Positions 15,830-25,497 are shown, counted from the stretch's first letter. The stretch: 39,388 bases of DNA from an uncultured Phycisphaerales bacterium (GCA_937891445.1 CALAFV010000276.1:1-39388); one strand, 5' to 3'. Notes: generated from the sequence alone by a model not told the origin. Translations and numbers: made by a program.

Positions 15830-16337
15830 ACTGACCAACCGCGAGCGCCGCCAGCCCGCGCTCCTCGACCGATTGACGGACGAGGAACCCAACGTGCGCC
15901 GGGAGAGCCGCGACCGGCGCGTCGTCAGCGTGCAGCAGATGCGCCGCGCGGTGCTGCGCGACATGGAGTGGCTGCTCAACACGCCGCGCCGCTTCACGCC
16001 CGAACTGGCCGCCGAGTTCCCGCTCGCCGCTTCGAGCGTGCTCAACTACGGCATCGCCGACCTGTGCGGCCTGACGGCCTCGAGCGTGGATCCGCGCGAG
16101 ATCGAGCGGATGATCGCCTCCTGCATCCAGCTCTTCGAGCCTCGCGTGATGCGCGGGACGATCGGCGTCACGGCGACCGCCAGCGCGGAGGCCTTCGGGG
16201 CCAACGCCGTCGCCTTCGAAATCCGCGGCGAGATGTGGGCCCAGCCGCTCCCCGAGCCGCTGTTCGTCAAGACGGACGTGGACCTCGAGACCGGCCGCTG
16301 CAACCTGAAGGAAAGCGTCGGGGGCAGCCATGGATAG
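15822..16337 (+). CDS. tssE: T6SS baseplate protein TssE (gp25-like)
   Basis: PALLDRLTDEEP... and AVLRDMEWLLNT.. are typical of the TssE/GPW-gp25 family. 171 aa. Start and stop overlap the neighbouring genes. Confidence 0.9.
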   Translation: MAELTNRERRQPALLDRLTDEEPNVRRESRDRRVVSVQQMRRAVLRDMEWLLNTPRRFTPELAAEFPLAASSVLNYGIADLCGLTASSVDPREIERMIASCIQLFEPRVMRGTIGVTATASAEAFGANAVAFEIRGEMWAQPLPEPLFVKTDVDLETGRCNLKESVGGSHG

Positions 16338-18276
16338 GCGTCTGCTCCGCTACTACGAGCGCGAGCTGCGCCATCTGCGCGAGACCGCCGTCGAGTTCGC
16401 CCGGGAGTTCCCGAAGGTCGCCGGCAGGCTCGGGCTGGACCCGACCAAGGCCGAGGAGTGCCCGGATCCGTACGTCGAGCGGCTGCTGGAGGGCGTGGCG
16501 TACCTCACGGCACGCGTCCAACTCAAACTGGACGCCGAGTATCCGCGCTTCACGCAGAACCTGCTGGAGACCGTCTACCCGCACTACCTCGCGCCGACGC
16601 CCTCGATGGCGATCGTGCAGTTCAACCCCGACCAGACGGAGGGTTCGCTGGCCGAGGGGTTCACGATCCCGCGCGGGCGCGCGATGCGCTCCACGATAGG
16701 GCGGGGTGACCAGACGCCGTGCGAGTACCGCACCGCGCACGACGTCACCCTCTACCCCGTGCAGGTTGCCGAGGCCGGGTACTACACGCGCGACCTGGCC
16801 ACGATCCAGCCCCCGACCGTTGACGCCGGCGGCGGGGCGCCCCCCAAAGCCGGCTTCCGTATCCGCCTGCGCTGCTTCGCCGGCGCCACGTTCAACCAGA
16901 TCAAGGCCGACCGCCTTGCGTTCTACATCGCCGGCGCCGACGCGACGCCGATGCGGATTTACGAGCAGATCTTTGCGCAGGCCGTCGCGGTGTGCGTGCA
17001 GCCGGTGCGCACGCCGGTGCCGTGGCGCCACGTTCTCCCGGCGCGGGCCTCGATCGGCCGCCTGGGCTTCGCCGACGAGGAGGCCATGCTCCCCTTCGGC
17101 GCCCGCTCGTTCCACGGCTACCGCCTGCTGCATGAGTACTTCACCCTGCCGCAGCGGTACATGTTCTTCGAAGTCGGCGGCCTGGCCCCCGGCCTGGCGC
17201 GGTGCGAGGAGTCGGAGATCGACCTGATCATCCTGATGCGCAGCGCTCGTATCGAGCTGGAGAACAAGGTTGACGCCTCCAACTTCCAACTCTTCTGCAC
17301 GCCCGCGGTGAACCTGTTCCCGCGCCGCGCCGACCGCATCCACGTCACCGAGCGTGCTCACGAGTTCCAGGTCATCGCCGACCGCACCCGCCCGCTGGAC
17401 TACGAGGTCTACCAGGTCCTGACGGTGACCGGCTACGGCGAGACGGCGGACATGGTCCGCGAGTTCCGCCCGTTCTACGCCGCGCGCGACTCCGACGCGG
17501 GGTCCGGCACTGCCGCGGCCAGCGCCTACTTCGCCGTCCAGCGCCTCCCGCGCACGCTTTCGGAGCGAGAGAAGCAACTGGGCACGCGCTCCAGTTACAC
17601 CGGCTCGGAGGTGTACATCTCGATCGTGGACGCCGCGGCGGCCCCATTCGCACCCGACGTGCGCCAACTCGGCGTCGAGACGCTGTGCACCAACCGCGAC
17701 CTGCCGCTGCGCATGCCTGTCGGCCGCGGCCGCACGGATTTCACGATGGAGCAGGGCGCGCCCGTCGAGAGTGTCCGCTGCATCGCCGGGCCGACGCCCC
17801 CCAAGCCGTCGCTCGCCGAGGGCGACTTCGCGTGGCGGATCATCAGCCATCTGGCCCTGAACTACCTGTCCATCGCCGACACCGAGACGCCCTCGGGCGG
17901 CCCGCCCGGATCCGTGGCCATGCAGCAGGAGGGCGGCGCAGCGGCGCTGCGCGAACTGCTGAAGCTCTACGGCGACACGGCCGACCCCGCCACGCGCAAG
18001 CAGGTGGACGGCGTCAAGCACGTCCGGGCCCGCCCGATCACGCGCCGCGTCGCCACGCCCGGCCCCATCGCCTTCGCCCGCGGGCTGGAGGTGACCGTCG
18101 GGTTCGACGAGGCCGCGTTCGAAGGATCCGGCGTCTTCCTCCTGGGCGCGGTGCTCGAGGAGTTTTTCGCGAAGTACGTGTCCATCAACTCGTTCACGGA
18201 GACGGTCATCACGTCCCCGGAGCGAGGGGAGATCATGCGTTGGCCGGCGAGAGTGGGACTGCGGCACATCCTCTGA
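16330..18276 (+). CDS. tssF: T6SS baseplate protein TssF
   Basis: MDRRLLRYYERELRHLRETAVEFAREFPKVAGRLGL and ERLLEGVAYLTARV are the canonical TssF N-terminus. 648 aa. Confidence 0.95.
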   Translation: MDRRLLRYYERELRHLRETAVEFAREFPKVAGRLGLDPTKAEECPDPYVERLLEGVAYLTARVQLKLDAEYPRFTQNLLETVYPHYLAPTPSMAIVQFNPDQTEGSLAEGFTIPRGRAMRSTIGRGDQTPCEYRTAHDVTLYPVQVAEAGYYTRDLATIQPPTVDAGGGAPPKAGFRIRLRCFAGATFNQIKADRLAFYIAGADATPMRIYEQIFAQAVAVCVQPVRTPVPWRHVLPARASIGRLGFADEEAMLPFGARSFHGYRLLHEYFTLPQRYMFFEVGGLAPGLARCEESEIDLIILMRSARIELENKVDASNFQLFCTPAVNLFPRRADRIHVTERAHEFQVIADRTRPLDYEVYQVLTVTGYGETADMVREFRPFYAARDSDAGSGTAAASAYFAVQRLPRTLSEREKQLGTRSSYTGSEVYISIVDAAAAPFAPDVRQLGVETLCTNRDLPLRMPVGRGRTDFTMEQGAPVESVRCIAGPTPPKPSLAEGDFAWRIISHLALNYLSIADTETPSGGPPGSVAMQQEGGAAALRELLKLYGDTADPATRKQVDGVKHVRARPITRRVATPGPIAFARGLEVTVGFDEAAFEGSGVFLLGAVLEEFFAKYVSINSFTETVITSPERGEIMRWPARVGLRHIL

Positions 18277-19364
18277 TCCGCCGCCTGGAAACCGACCCGT
18301 ACGGGTTCGATTTCTTCCTCGCGGTGCGTCTGCTCGACTGCGCGCACCCCCACCTGCCGCGCACCGGTCACTCCGACCACCCCTGGGAAGATCACGTCCG
18401 CTTCTCGCAGGAGCCTTCGCTCGCCTTCGCTCCCGCGACCGTGCAGGGACTCCGGCGGCCGGCGCCGGCGGAGACCGAGCCGCTCCCGCCCGGCGAACTG
18501 CCGCCGGGGGAGCACGGGTCGGAGGAGAGTGGGGGGGATGGGCTGGCGGTGGGGGAGGATGGCCGCGCGCTGCCCAACGCCGCGCCGCGCCTCTTCCAGA
18601 ACTTCTTCGGCCTGCTGGGCCCCAACGGCCCGATGCCGCACCACATCACGGAGTACGCACGCGACCGCGAGCGCAACTACGGTGATCCGACGCTGGCCCG
18701 CTTTCTCGACCTGCTGAACCACCGCCTCACCGCGCTCTTTTACCGTGCATGGGCCTCGGCGCAGAAGACGGTCAGTTTCGACCGTCCGGCGGAAGACCGC
18801 TACGCCCCCTGGATCGGCAGCCTCTTCGGTTTCGGCACGCCGGCGCTGCGCGGCCGCGACAGCGTGCAGGATTTCGCCAAACTGCACTACGCCGGCCACC
18901 TCGTGTGCCAGACGCGCCACGCCTCCGGGCTCCGCGCCATCATCGAGGACTACTTCGGCGTCAAGACCAAGATCCAGGAGATGTCGGGCCAGTGGATGGA
19001 CCTGCCCGAGGACTGCCGCCTGCGCCTGGGCGAGAGCCCGGCGACCGGCACTCTCGGCTCGACCGCCGTGGTCGGGTCGCGCATCTGGGAGTGCCAGCAG
19101 AAGTTCCGCCTGCGCATGGGCCCCATGACGCTGGCCGAGTACGAGCGTTTGCTTCCCGGCGGAACATCTCTCAAGCGGCTCACCGACTGGGTTCGCTTCT
19201 ACACGACCGACGAGTTCACCTGGGACCTGCGGCTGATCATGTTCGCCGATGAGGTTCCGCAGATCACCCTGGGTAAGCAGGGCAAGCTCGGCTGGACGAC
19301 GTGGCTCCGGTCGAAGCCCCTGGGCCACGACGCAGACGACCTGATCCTCCGTCCGACCGGTTGA
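18240..19364 (+). CDS. tssG: T6SS baseplate protein TssG
   Basis: LETDPYGFDFFLAVRLLD..., LLGPNGPMPHHITEY and LDLLNHRLTALFYRAW are TssG signatures. There is no in-frame ATG or GTG near the conserved N-terminus. The candidates are TTG 18240 (37-nt overlap with tssF) or CTG 18273, so the start is uncertain by about 30 nt. The 5' part of track ORF 17685..19364 is an off-frame read of tssF. Confidence 0.85.
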   Translation: MAGESGTAAHPLIRRLETDPYGFDFFLAVRLLDCAHPHLPRTGHSDHPWEDHVRFSQEPSLAFAPATVQGLRRPAPAETEPLPPGELPPGEHGSEESGGDGLAVGEDGRALPNAAPRLFQNFFGLLGPNGPMPHHITEYARDRERNYGDPTLARFLDLLNHRLTALFYRAWASAQKTVSFDRPAEDRYAPWIGSLFGFGTPALRGRDSVQDFAKLHYAGHLVCQTRHASGLRAIIEDYFGVKTKIQEMSGQWMDLPEDCRLRLGESPATGTLGSTAVVGSRIWECQQKFRLRMGPMTLAEYERLLPGGTSLKRLTDWVRFYTTDEFTWDLRLIMFADEVPQITLGKQGKLGWTTWLRSKPLGHDADDLILRPTG

Positions 19365-19451
19365 CCATGGCGCGGGCCCCCCGGCTCGCGCCCCCTACAA
19401 GGCTGATCCTCCCCGCGCACGTCAACGACAGACCCCGCAGGAGTCCCCGAC

Positions 19452-22181
19452 ATGTCCGAGATCTCCCGCACCGCACTCTTCGGCAAACTCACGCCCCTCG
19501 CCTATAAGGCCGTCGAGGGCGCCACCGTCTTCTGCAAACTCCGCGGCAACCCGTACGTCGAACTGGTCCACTGGATCCACCAGATCCTGCAGAACCAGGG
19601 CTCAGACCTTCACGAGATCGCCCGGCACTTCAACCTCGACCCGTCGCGCCTGGCCGCGGACCTCACCGCCGCCCTCGACAAACTCCCGCGCGGCGCCACG
19701 GCGATCAGCGACCTCTCGCCCCACCTGGAGGACTCCGTCGAGCGCGGCTGGGTGTATGGCTCGCTCATGTTCGGCGAGATGCAGGTGCGCACCGGGCACC
19801 TGATCGTCGGCATGCTCAAGACCCCGGGCCTCAAGAACGTGCTCCTGTCGCTCTCGAAGGAGTTCGCGAAGATCAAGCCCGAGGAACTCGCCGAGAACTT
19901 CGCCAAGATCACCGCCGGCTCCCCCGAGGCCGGCATGACCGCCCAGGACGGCTCTACGCCCACCGGCGGCGGCGCTGCCCCCGGCGAGGCCTCCGGCGCG
20001 ATGGCCCCCGCCCAGATGGGCAAGCAGGAGGCGCTGAAACGCTACAGCGTTGATCTGACCGAGCAGGCCCGCTCGGGCAAGATGGACCCGATCATCGGGC
20101 GTGACGACGAGATCCGCCAGATGATCGACATCCTCATGCGCCGCCGCCAGAACAACCCGATCATCACGGGCGAGGCCGGCGTCGGCAAGACTGCGCTGGT
20201 CGAGGGCTTCGCGCAGCGCATCGCCAAGGGCGACGTCCCGCCGAGCCTCAAGGACGTGTCGGTCCGCGCGCTCGACCTCGGTCTGCTCCAGGCCGGCGCG
20301 AGCATGAAGGGTGAGTTCGAGAACCGCCTCCGTCAGGTGATCGACGAGGTTCAGTCCTCTCCCAAGCCCATCATCCTCTTCATCGACGAGATCCACACGC
20401 TGATCGGCGCCGGCGGCACGGCCGGCCAGAACGACGCGGCCAACCTCCTCAAGCCCGCGCTGGCCCGCGGCACGCTCCGAACCATCGGCGCCACGACGCG
20501 GGCCGAGTACAAGAAGTACTTCGAGGAGGACCCCGCCCTCACCCGCCGCTTCCAGGAGGTGAAGGTCGACGAGCCGACGCCCGAGAAGGCGATCGACATG
20601 CTCCGCCGCCTCGCGGCCCCGCTCGAGAAGCACCACCAGGTGCAGATCCTCGACTCGGCGCTCGAGGCCGCGGTCAAACTCTCGCACCGCTATATCCAGG
20701 GCCGCCAACTCCCCGACAAGGCCGTGAGCCTGCTTGACACGGCCTGCGCCCGCGTCGCCGTCAGCCAGTACGCCACGCCGGCCGAGGTCGAGAGTTGCAC
20801 GCGTCTCATCCAGAACCTCGAGACCGAACTGGAGATCGTCGCCCGCGAGGAGGCCGTCGGCTACGACCACGCCAAGCGCCGGGCCAAGCTCGAGGCGGCC
20901 CTCGCCTCGGAGCGTGAGCGCCTCACCGAACTCGACAAGCGGTGGAAGCAGGAGAAGGACCTGGTGGACCGCGTGCTGGCGATCCGCGCCAAACTCCGCG
21001 CCGCCGGCCAGTCGGTCCCGAACCCAGGGTCCAGCGCCACGCCGCCCCCGAACCCGCAGGCGCCGCTCGCCGCGCCCCTCTCCGAGCAGGACCGCCTGGT
21101 CGCGCTGGAGGAACTCCGCAAGGCCACGGACGAACTCGCGCAACTTCAGGGCGAGACGCCGCTGATCCTCCCGGTCGTGGACGAGAACGCCGTCGGCGCC
21201 GTCGTCGCCGACTGGACGGGCATCCCTGTCGGCCGCATGGTCAAGGACGAGATCCAGGCGGTCCTCAAACTGGCCGACACGCTCAATCAGCGCATCATCG
21301 GCCAGCGCCACGCGCTGGACGCCATCGCGCAGCGCATCCGCACCAGCCGCGCGGGCCTGGAGAACCCCAACAAGCCCATCGGCGTCTTCATGCTCGCCGG
21401 CACCAGCGGCGTCGGCAAGACCGAGACCGCCCTGGCGCTGGCCGAGGCGCTCTACGGCGGCGAGTCCAACGTCATCACCATCAACATGAGCGAGTACCAG
21501 GAGGCGCACAAGGTCGCCACGCTCATGGGTTCGCCCCCCGGCTACGTCGGCTACGGCAAGGGCGGCGTCCTCACCGAGGCCGTGCGGCGCAAGCCCTACT
21601 CCATCGTTCTGCTCGACGAGGTCGAGAAGGCCCACCCGGACGTGCACGAGATCTTCTTCCAGGTCTTCGACAAGGGCGTGATGAAGGACTCCGAGGGCCG
21701 CGACATCAACTTCAAGAACACCATCATCCTGCTGACGACCAATGTCGGCACGGACCTCATCCAGAACATGTGCAAGGACCCGGCGCTGATGCCCGACCCG
21801 GAGGCCATCGCCAAGGCCCTGCGCGAGCCGCTGCTGAAGGTCTTCCCCCCGGCGCTCCTCGGTCGCCTGACCGTCATCCCCTACTACCCGCTGACCGACG
21901 AGATGCTCCAGGCGATCACCCGCCTGCAGCTCGACCGCGTCCGCAAGCGCGTCGAGGCCAGCCACGGCGTCCCGTTCGAGTACGACCAGGCCGTCGTGGA
22001 CCTGATCGTCTCCCGATGCACCGAGCGAGAGTCCGGCGGCCGCATGGTGGACGCCATCCTCACCCAGACGCTGCTCCCGACGGTCAGCGGCGAGTTGCTC
22101 AACCGCCTCATGTCCGGCCGGCCCCTCGCCAAGGTCCGTGTGGGCGTCAAGGACGGCGACTTCGAGTACTCCTTCGACTGA
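19452..22181 (+). CDS. tssH: T6SS AAA+ ATPase ClpV (TssH)
   Basis: Clp N-domain, then two AAA+ modules with Walker A GEAGVGKTA (NBD1) and GTSGVGKTE (NBD2), and a coiled-coil middle domain. 909 aa. Confidence 0.97.
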   Translation: MSEISRTALFGKLTPLAYKAVEGATVFCKLRGNPYVELVHWIHQILQNQGSDLHEIARHFNLDPSRLAADLTAALDKLPRGATAISDLSPHLEDSVERGWVYGSLMFGEMQVRTGHLIVGMLKTPGLKNVLLSLSKEFAKIKPEELAENFAKITAGSPEAGMTAQDGSTPTGGGAAPGEASGAMAPAQMGKQEALKRYSVDLTEQARSGKMDPIIGRDDEIRQMIDILMRRRQNNPIITGEAGVGKTALVEGFAQRIAKGDVPPSLKDVSVRALDLGLLQAGASMKGEFENRLRQVIDEVQSSPKPIILFIDEIHTLIGAGGTAGQNDAANLLKPALARGTLRTIGATTRAEYKKYFEEDPALTRRFQEVKVDEPTPEKAIDMLRRLAAPLEKHHQVQILDSALEAAVKLSHRYIQGRQLPDKAVSLLDTACARVAVSQYATPAEVESCTRLIQNLETELEIVAREEAVGYDHAKRRAKLEAALASERERLTELDKRWKQEKDLVDRVLAIRAKLRAAGQSVPNPGSSATPPPNPQAPLAAPLSEQDRLVALEELRKATDELAQLQGETPLILPVVDENAVGAVVADWTGIPVGRMVKDEIQAVLKLADTLNQRIIGQRHALDAIAQRIRTSRAGLENPNKPIGVFMLAGTSGVGKTETALALAEALYGGESNVITINMSEYQEAHKVATLMGSPPGYVGYGKGGVLTEAVRRKPYSIVLLDEVEKAHPDVHEIFFQVFDKGVMKDSEGRDINFKNTIILLTTNVGTDLIQNMCKDPALMPDPEAIAKALREPLLKVFPPALLGRLTVIPYYPLTDEMLQAITRLQLDRVRKRVEASHGVPFEYDQAVVDLIVSRCTERESGGRMVDAILTQTLLPTVSGELLNRLMSGRPLAKVRVGVKDGDFEYSFD

Positions 22182-22259
22182 ACTCCGTTGCCTGCACGGG
22201 CGGCCGGCGCTGGATGACATGGTAAACTGGGCTTCATGGCCCGCTGCTAGGAGCCCCCT

Positions 22260-24545
22260 ATGGCGCGTACCCAGACTGGACGACTCCTGGCCCTCGGCAC
22301 CCCGCTGGGCGAGGACGTCCTTCTTCTCCGCCGCTTCACGGGCGTCGAACAGCTCGGCTCCATGTTCTCCTACGACTTGGACATGGTCAGCGAGCAGGCG
22401 GACATCGTCTTCGAAAAGATCGTCGGTCAGAACGTCACCATCCGCCTGGAACTGCTCGACGGCTCCACGCGCTACTTCAACGGCTACGTCTCCCGCTTCG
22501 TCCAGACCGGCGCCGGCGACCGGCTGGTGAGCTACCGCGCCACCGTCGTCCCCTGGCTCTGGTTCCTGACGCGCGTCTCCGACTGCCGGATCTTCCAGGA
22601 GATGACCGTCCCGGACATCATCAAGGAGGTCTTCCGCTCCCGCGGCTTCAGCGACTTCGACGACTCCGGCCTCTCCGGCACCTACCGCACGTGGGAATAC
22701 TGCGTGCAGTACCGGGAGTCGGACTTCAACTTCGTCAGCCGCCTCATGGAGCACGAGGGGATCTACTACTACTTCAAGCACGAGAACGGCAAGCACACCC
22801 TTATGCTGGCCGACTCATCCAGCGCTCACACGCAACTCCCCGGTTACTCGGAACTTCCCTTCCGTCCGCCGAGCAAGGCCCGTTTCGAGTACGAGACGAT
22901 CGAGTCCTGGATCATCGAGAAGCAGGTCCAGTCCGGCGTCGCCGCGCTCACCGATTTCGACTTCATCAACCCCAAGAAGTCCCTTGAGGCCAAGGCCGCG
23001 ATCTCACGCACCCACGCCGTGCCCGACCTGGAGGTCTTCGAGTTCCCCGGCGGCTACACCAAGCCCGGCGAGGGCGATCACTACGCCCGCGTCCGGATCG
23101 AGGAACTCCAGGCCCAGTACGAGGTCGCTACCGCAAAGACCGATGCTCGCGGAATCACGCCCGGGTACCTCTTCAAGATGGTGGACTACCCCCGGGCCGA
23201 TCAGAACCGCGAGTACCTTATCACCGGCGCGACGTACGAGATCGTCTCCGATCACTTCGAGTCAGCCGACAACGGCCGGGTCGCCGGTGAGCCCGAGCGT
23301 CAGTACCACTGCACGTTTACCGCCATCGAGGCACATCAGCCCTTCCGGCCCCCGCGCACCACGCCCAAGCCCCTGATCCAGGGCCCGCAAACCGCCATCG
23401 TCGTCGGCAAGAGCGGCGAGGAGATCTGGACCGACGAGCACGGCCGTGTGAAGGTCCAGTTCCACTGGGACCGCTACAGCCACGCCGACGAGAAGAGTTC
23501 CTGCTGGATCCGCGTCGCCCAGTCCTGGGCCGGCAAGAAGTGGGGGGCCATGTTCCTCCCGCGAATCGGCCAGGAGGTCATCGTCGAGTTCCTCGAGGGC
23601 GACCCCGACCGCCCGATCATCACCGGCCGCGTCTACAACGGCGACAACAAGACGCCCTACGACCTGCCCGCCAACGCCACCCGCTCGGGCATCAAGACCC
23701 TCTCCTCCAAGGGCGGCGGCGGCTTCAACGAGATCCGCTTCGAGGACAAGAAGGGCGAGGAGGAGATCTTCATCCATGCCGAGAAGGACCTCCAGACCCG
23801 CGTCAAGAACGACCGCGTCGCGCACATCGGTCGCGATCAGCACCTCATTGTCGAGCAGGACCTGATCGAGAAGATCGGCAGGGATCACCACCTCACTGTT
23901 GTGGGTGACCATGTCGACAAGACCGAAGGAGACCGGAGCACCTCCATCGTCGGCGACCACATGGCCAAGGTGGACGGTTCCGATCATCTCACGGTCGGCG
24001 GCGATCGCATGGTCGAGATCCGCGGCGACGACAACCTGAAAGTCACCGGAAAACTCAACTTCAAGTCCAACGACAAAGTCTCGATCGACTCCGCCGCCGA
24101 CATTCACCAGAAGTCCGGCGCGAAGATCGCCGTTGATGCCGCCGGCGCCATCCACATCAAGTCCGGCGCGGCGATCGTCATCGAGGGCGCCAGCCAGATC
24201 TCCCTCAAGGTCGGCGGCAACTTCATCGACATCGGTCCTTCCGGCGTCAGCATCAGCGGCACCGCTGTGAACATCAACACCGGCGGCTCCGCTGGCTCCG
24301 GCGGCGGCTGCAGCGTCACCGCTCCCGCCACTCCGGACGCCCCGGACGATCCCAAGGCCCCCGTGGAGGCCATCACCGAAGCCGCCGGCCAGGTAGAAGA
24401 GCCTCCCCCTCCGCCGCCCGCGGTCGAGCCGTGGCAGTTCAGCCCCGCCGCGCAGGTCCTCAAGGACGCCGCGCAGGACGGCACCCCGTTCTGTGAAGAA
24501 TGCGAGAAGGCCCGCAAGGAGCAGGCCGCGGGAGGTGCTTCGTGA
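22260..24545 (+). CDS. vgrG: T6SS spike protein VgrG with a roughly 80-aa C-terminal tail
   Basis: gp27-like N-terminus (LGEDVLLLRRFTGVEQLGSMFSYDLDMVS). gp5 OB-fold hallmark RVAQSWAGKKWGAMFLPRIGQEVIVEFLEGDPDRPIITGRVYNG. Beta-helix repeats (VGDH.DK..GD...). RBS AGGAG lies upstream. Confidence 0.97.
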   Translation: MARTQTGRLLALGTPLGEDVLLLRRFTGVEQLGSMFSYDLDMVSEQADIVFEKIVGQNVTIRLELLDGSTRYFNGYVSRFVQTGAGDRLVSYRATVVPWLWFLTRVSDCRIFQEMTVPDIIKEVFRSRGFSDFDDSGLSGTYRTWEYCVQYRESDFNFVSRLMEHEGIYYYFKHENGKHTLMLADSSSAHTQLPGYSELPFRPPSKARFEYETIESWIIEKQVQSGVAALTDFDFINPKKSLEAKAAISRTHAVPDLEVFEFPGGYTKPGEGDHYARVRIEELQAQYEVATAKTDARGITPGYLFKMVDYPRADQNREYLITGATYEIVSDHFESADNGRVAGEPERQYHCTFTAIEAHQPFRPPRTTPKPLIQGPQTAIVVGKSGEEIWTDEHGRVKVQFHWDRYSHADEKSSCWIRVAQSWAGKKWGAMFLPRIGQEVIVEFLEGDPDRPIITGRVYNGDNKTPYDLPANATRSGIKTLSSKGGGGFNEIRFEDKKGEEEIFIHAEKDLQTRVKNDRVAHIGRDQHLIVEQDLIEKIGRDHHLTVVGDHVDKTEGDRSTSIVGDHMAKVDGSDHLTVGGDRMVEIRGDDNLKVTGKLNFKSNDKVSIDSAADIHQKSGAKIAVDAAGAIHIKSGAAIVIEGASQISLKVGGNFIDIGPSGVSISGTAVNINTGGSAGSGGGCSVTAPATPDAPDDPKAPVEAITEAAGQVEEPPPPPPAVEPWQFSPAAQVLKDAAQDGTPFCEECEKARKEQAAGGAS

Positions 24546-25123
24546 GCCGCGCCGAGTTTGTCATGGAGCGTCCCGCACCCGGCGTCGCCGCCGACCTTGC
24601 CCGCCTGCTCTTCCGCGAAGAGCCGACGATCACCTATGTCGTCCTCGACGGCGCTTCCGTCCCTGGCCTCCGCCAGCGCCTCCACAAGGACGCTCCGGAG
24701 TCCTGCTGTCTCTACCGCGGCGAACTCGCCCCCGACCTCGCCGAGGTCGCCCCGTATCTCGTCCGCCTTCAGATCGGTCACCCGTTCACGAAATGGGTCC
24801 TCTCCGAGGGGTGGGCCGAGCACTGGGGCATCTTCGTCCAGACCAGCGCCGATCTCCGCTCCCTCCGCCGCCACTTTCGGAACTTTCTGATGGTCAAGAA
24901 CCCGGAGGGCAAGCGGCTCTACTTCCGCTTCTACGACCCGCGCGTGCTGCGGCTGTTCCTCCCCACCTGCGACGCTCAGCAACTCAAGGTCCTCTTCGGC
25001 CCCATCGACGCCTACCTCTGCGAGGCCGACGACCCCGGCCAAGTTCTTCACTGGCGCCTCGACGGGGGGACGCTCAAGAAGCAGTCCCTCCCCCTTGCTC
25101 CCGCGGGGCGCGCCCGCACCTGA
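24542..25123 (+). CDS. DUF4123-family T6SS effector adaptor/chaperone (Tap/Tec-like)
   Basis: TYVVLDGASVPGL..., APYLVRL, EHWGIFVQTSADLRSLRRHFRNFLMV..EGKRLYFRFYDPRVLRLFLPTC all match the DUF4123 pattern. GTG 24542 overlaps the vgrG stop (GTGA). The alternative start is ATG 24563. Confidence 0.8.
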   Translation: MSRAEFVMERPAPGVAADLARLLFREEPTITYVVLDGASVPGLRQRLHKDAPESCCLYRGELAPDLAEVAPYLVRLQIGHPFTKWVLSEGWAEHWGIFVQTSADLRSLRRHFRNFLMVKNPEGKRLYFRFYDPRVLRLFLPTCDAQQLKVLFGPIDAYLCEADDPGQVLHWRLDGGTLKKQSLPLAPAGRART

Positions 25124-25137
25124 CCGGACTATCCCCA

Positions 25138-25497
25138 ATGCTGACGATCAGACCCGAGCAGATCGAAGCCCTGAACGCCGCGATGCGCGAGCGCTACATC
25201 GCCAGGGTCGTCGCGCACCTCCGCGAACTCTTCCCCGAGCAGATGAAGGAGCGCGACGACGCCCAGGCCCGCGCCCTCGTCGAGGAGGGGATCGGCCGCG
25301 CCGCGGCGTACAACATCACCTCCGAGCGCGAGACGACGCTCTTCATCGACCTCATGGCCGCCCTCGGCCCCGACTTCGACACGCAGCGCCGCTACCGCGC
25401 GTGGATGCCCGGGATCCTTCGCAGCGAGGACCTCACCCAGCAGCAGAAGATGGAACTCGTGTACCAGCGGCTCGAATCCCTCGAGCAGCCCGCGTAA
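25138..25497 (+). CDS. Hypothetical 119-aa helical-looking protein, a possible co-chaperone
   Basis: ATG 25138 lies 15 nt after the DUF4123 stop. G/C dominates the third codon position, the composition is protein-like (MLTIRPEQIEALNAAMRERYIARVVAHLRELFPEQ...), and there is no signal peptide. I recognise no family. Confidence 0.55.
   Translation: MLTIRPEQIEALNAAMRERYIARVVAHLRELFPEQMKERDDAQARALVEEGIGRAAAYNITSERETTLFIDLMAALGPDFDTQRRYRAWMPGILRSEDLTQQQKMELVYQRLESLEQPA

Noticed and set aside
19602-22796. 1064-aa ORF on the minus strand, antisense to clpV and the vgrG 5' end
   Set aside because: Its composition is Arg/Gly/Asp/His/Val-rich and low in complexity, typical of the antisense frame of GC-rich genes. 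The plus strand encodes an unmistakable ClpV with both Walker A motifs.
24493-25137. 5' part of the 334-aa ORF 24493..25497
   Set aside because: It is an off-frame read through the DUF4123 gene (Arg/Pro-rich). Only the last 119 aa, from ATG 25138, look like a genuine protein.
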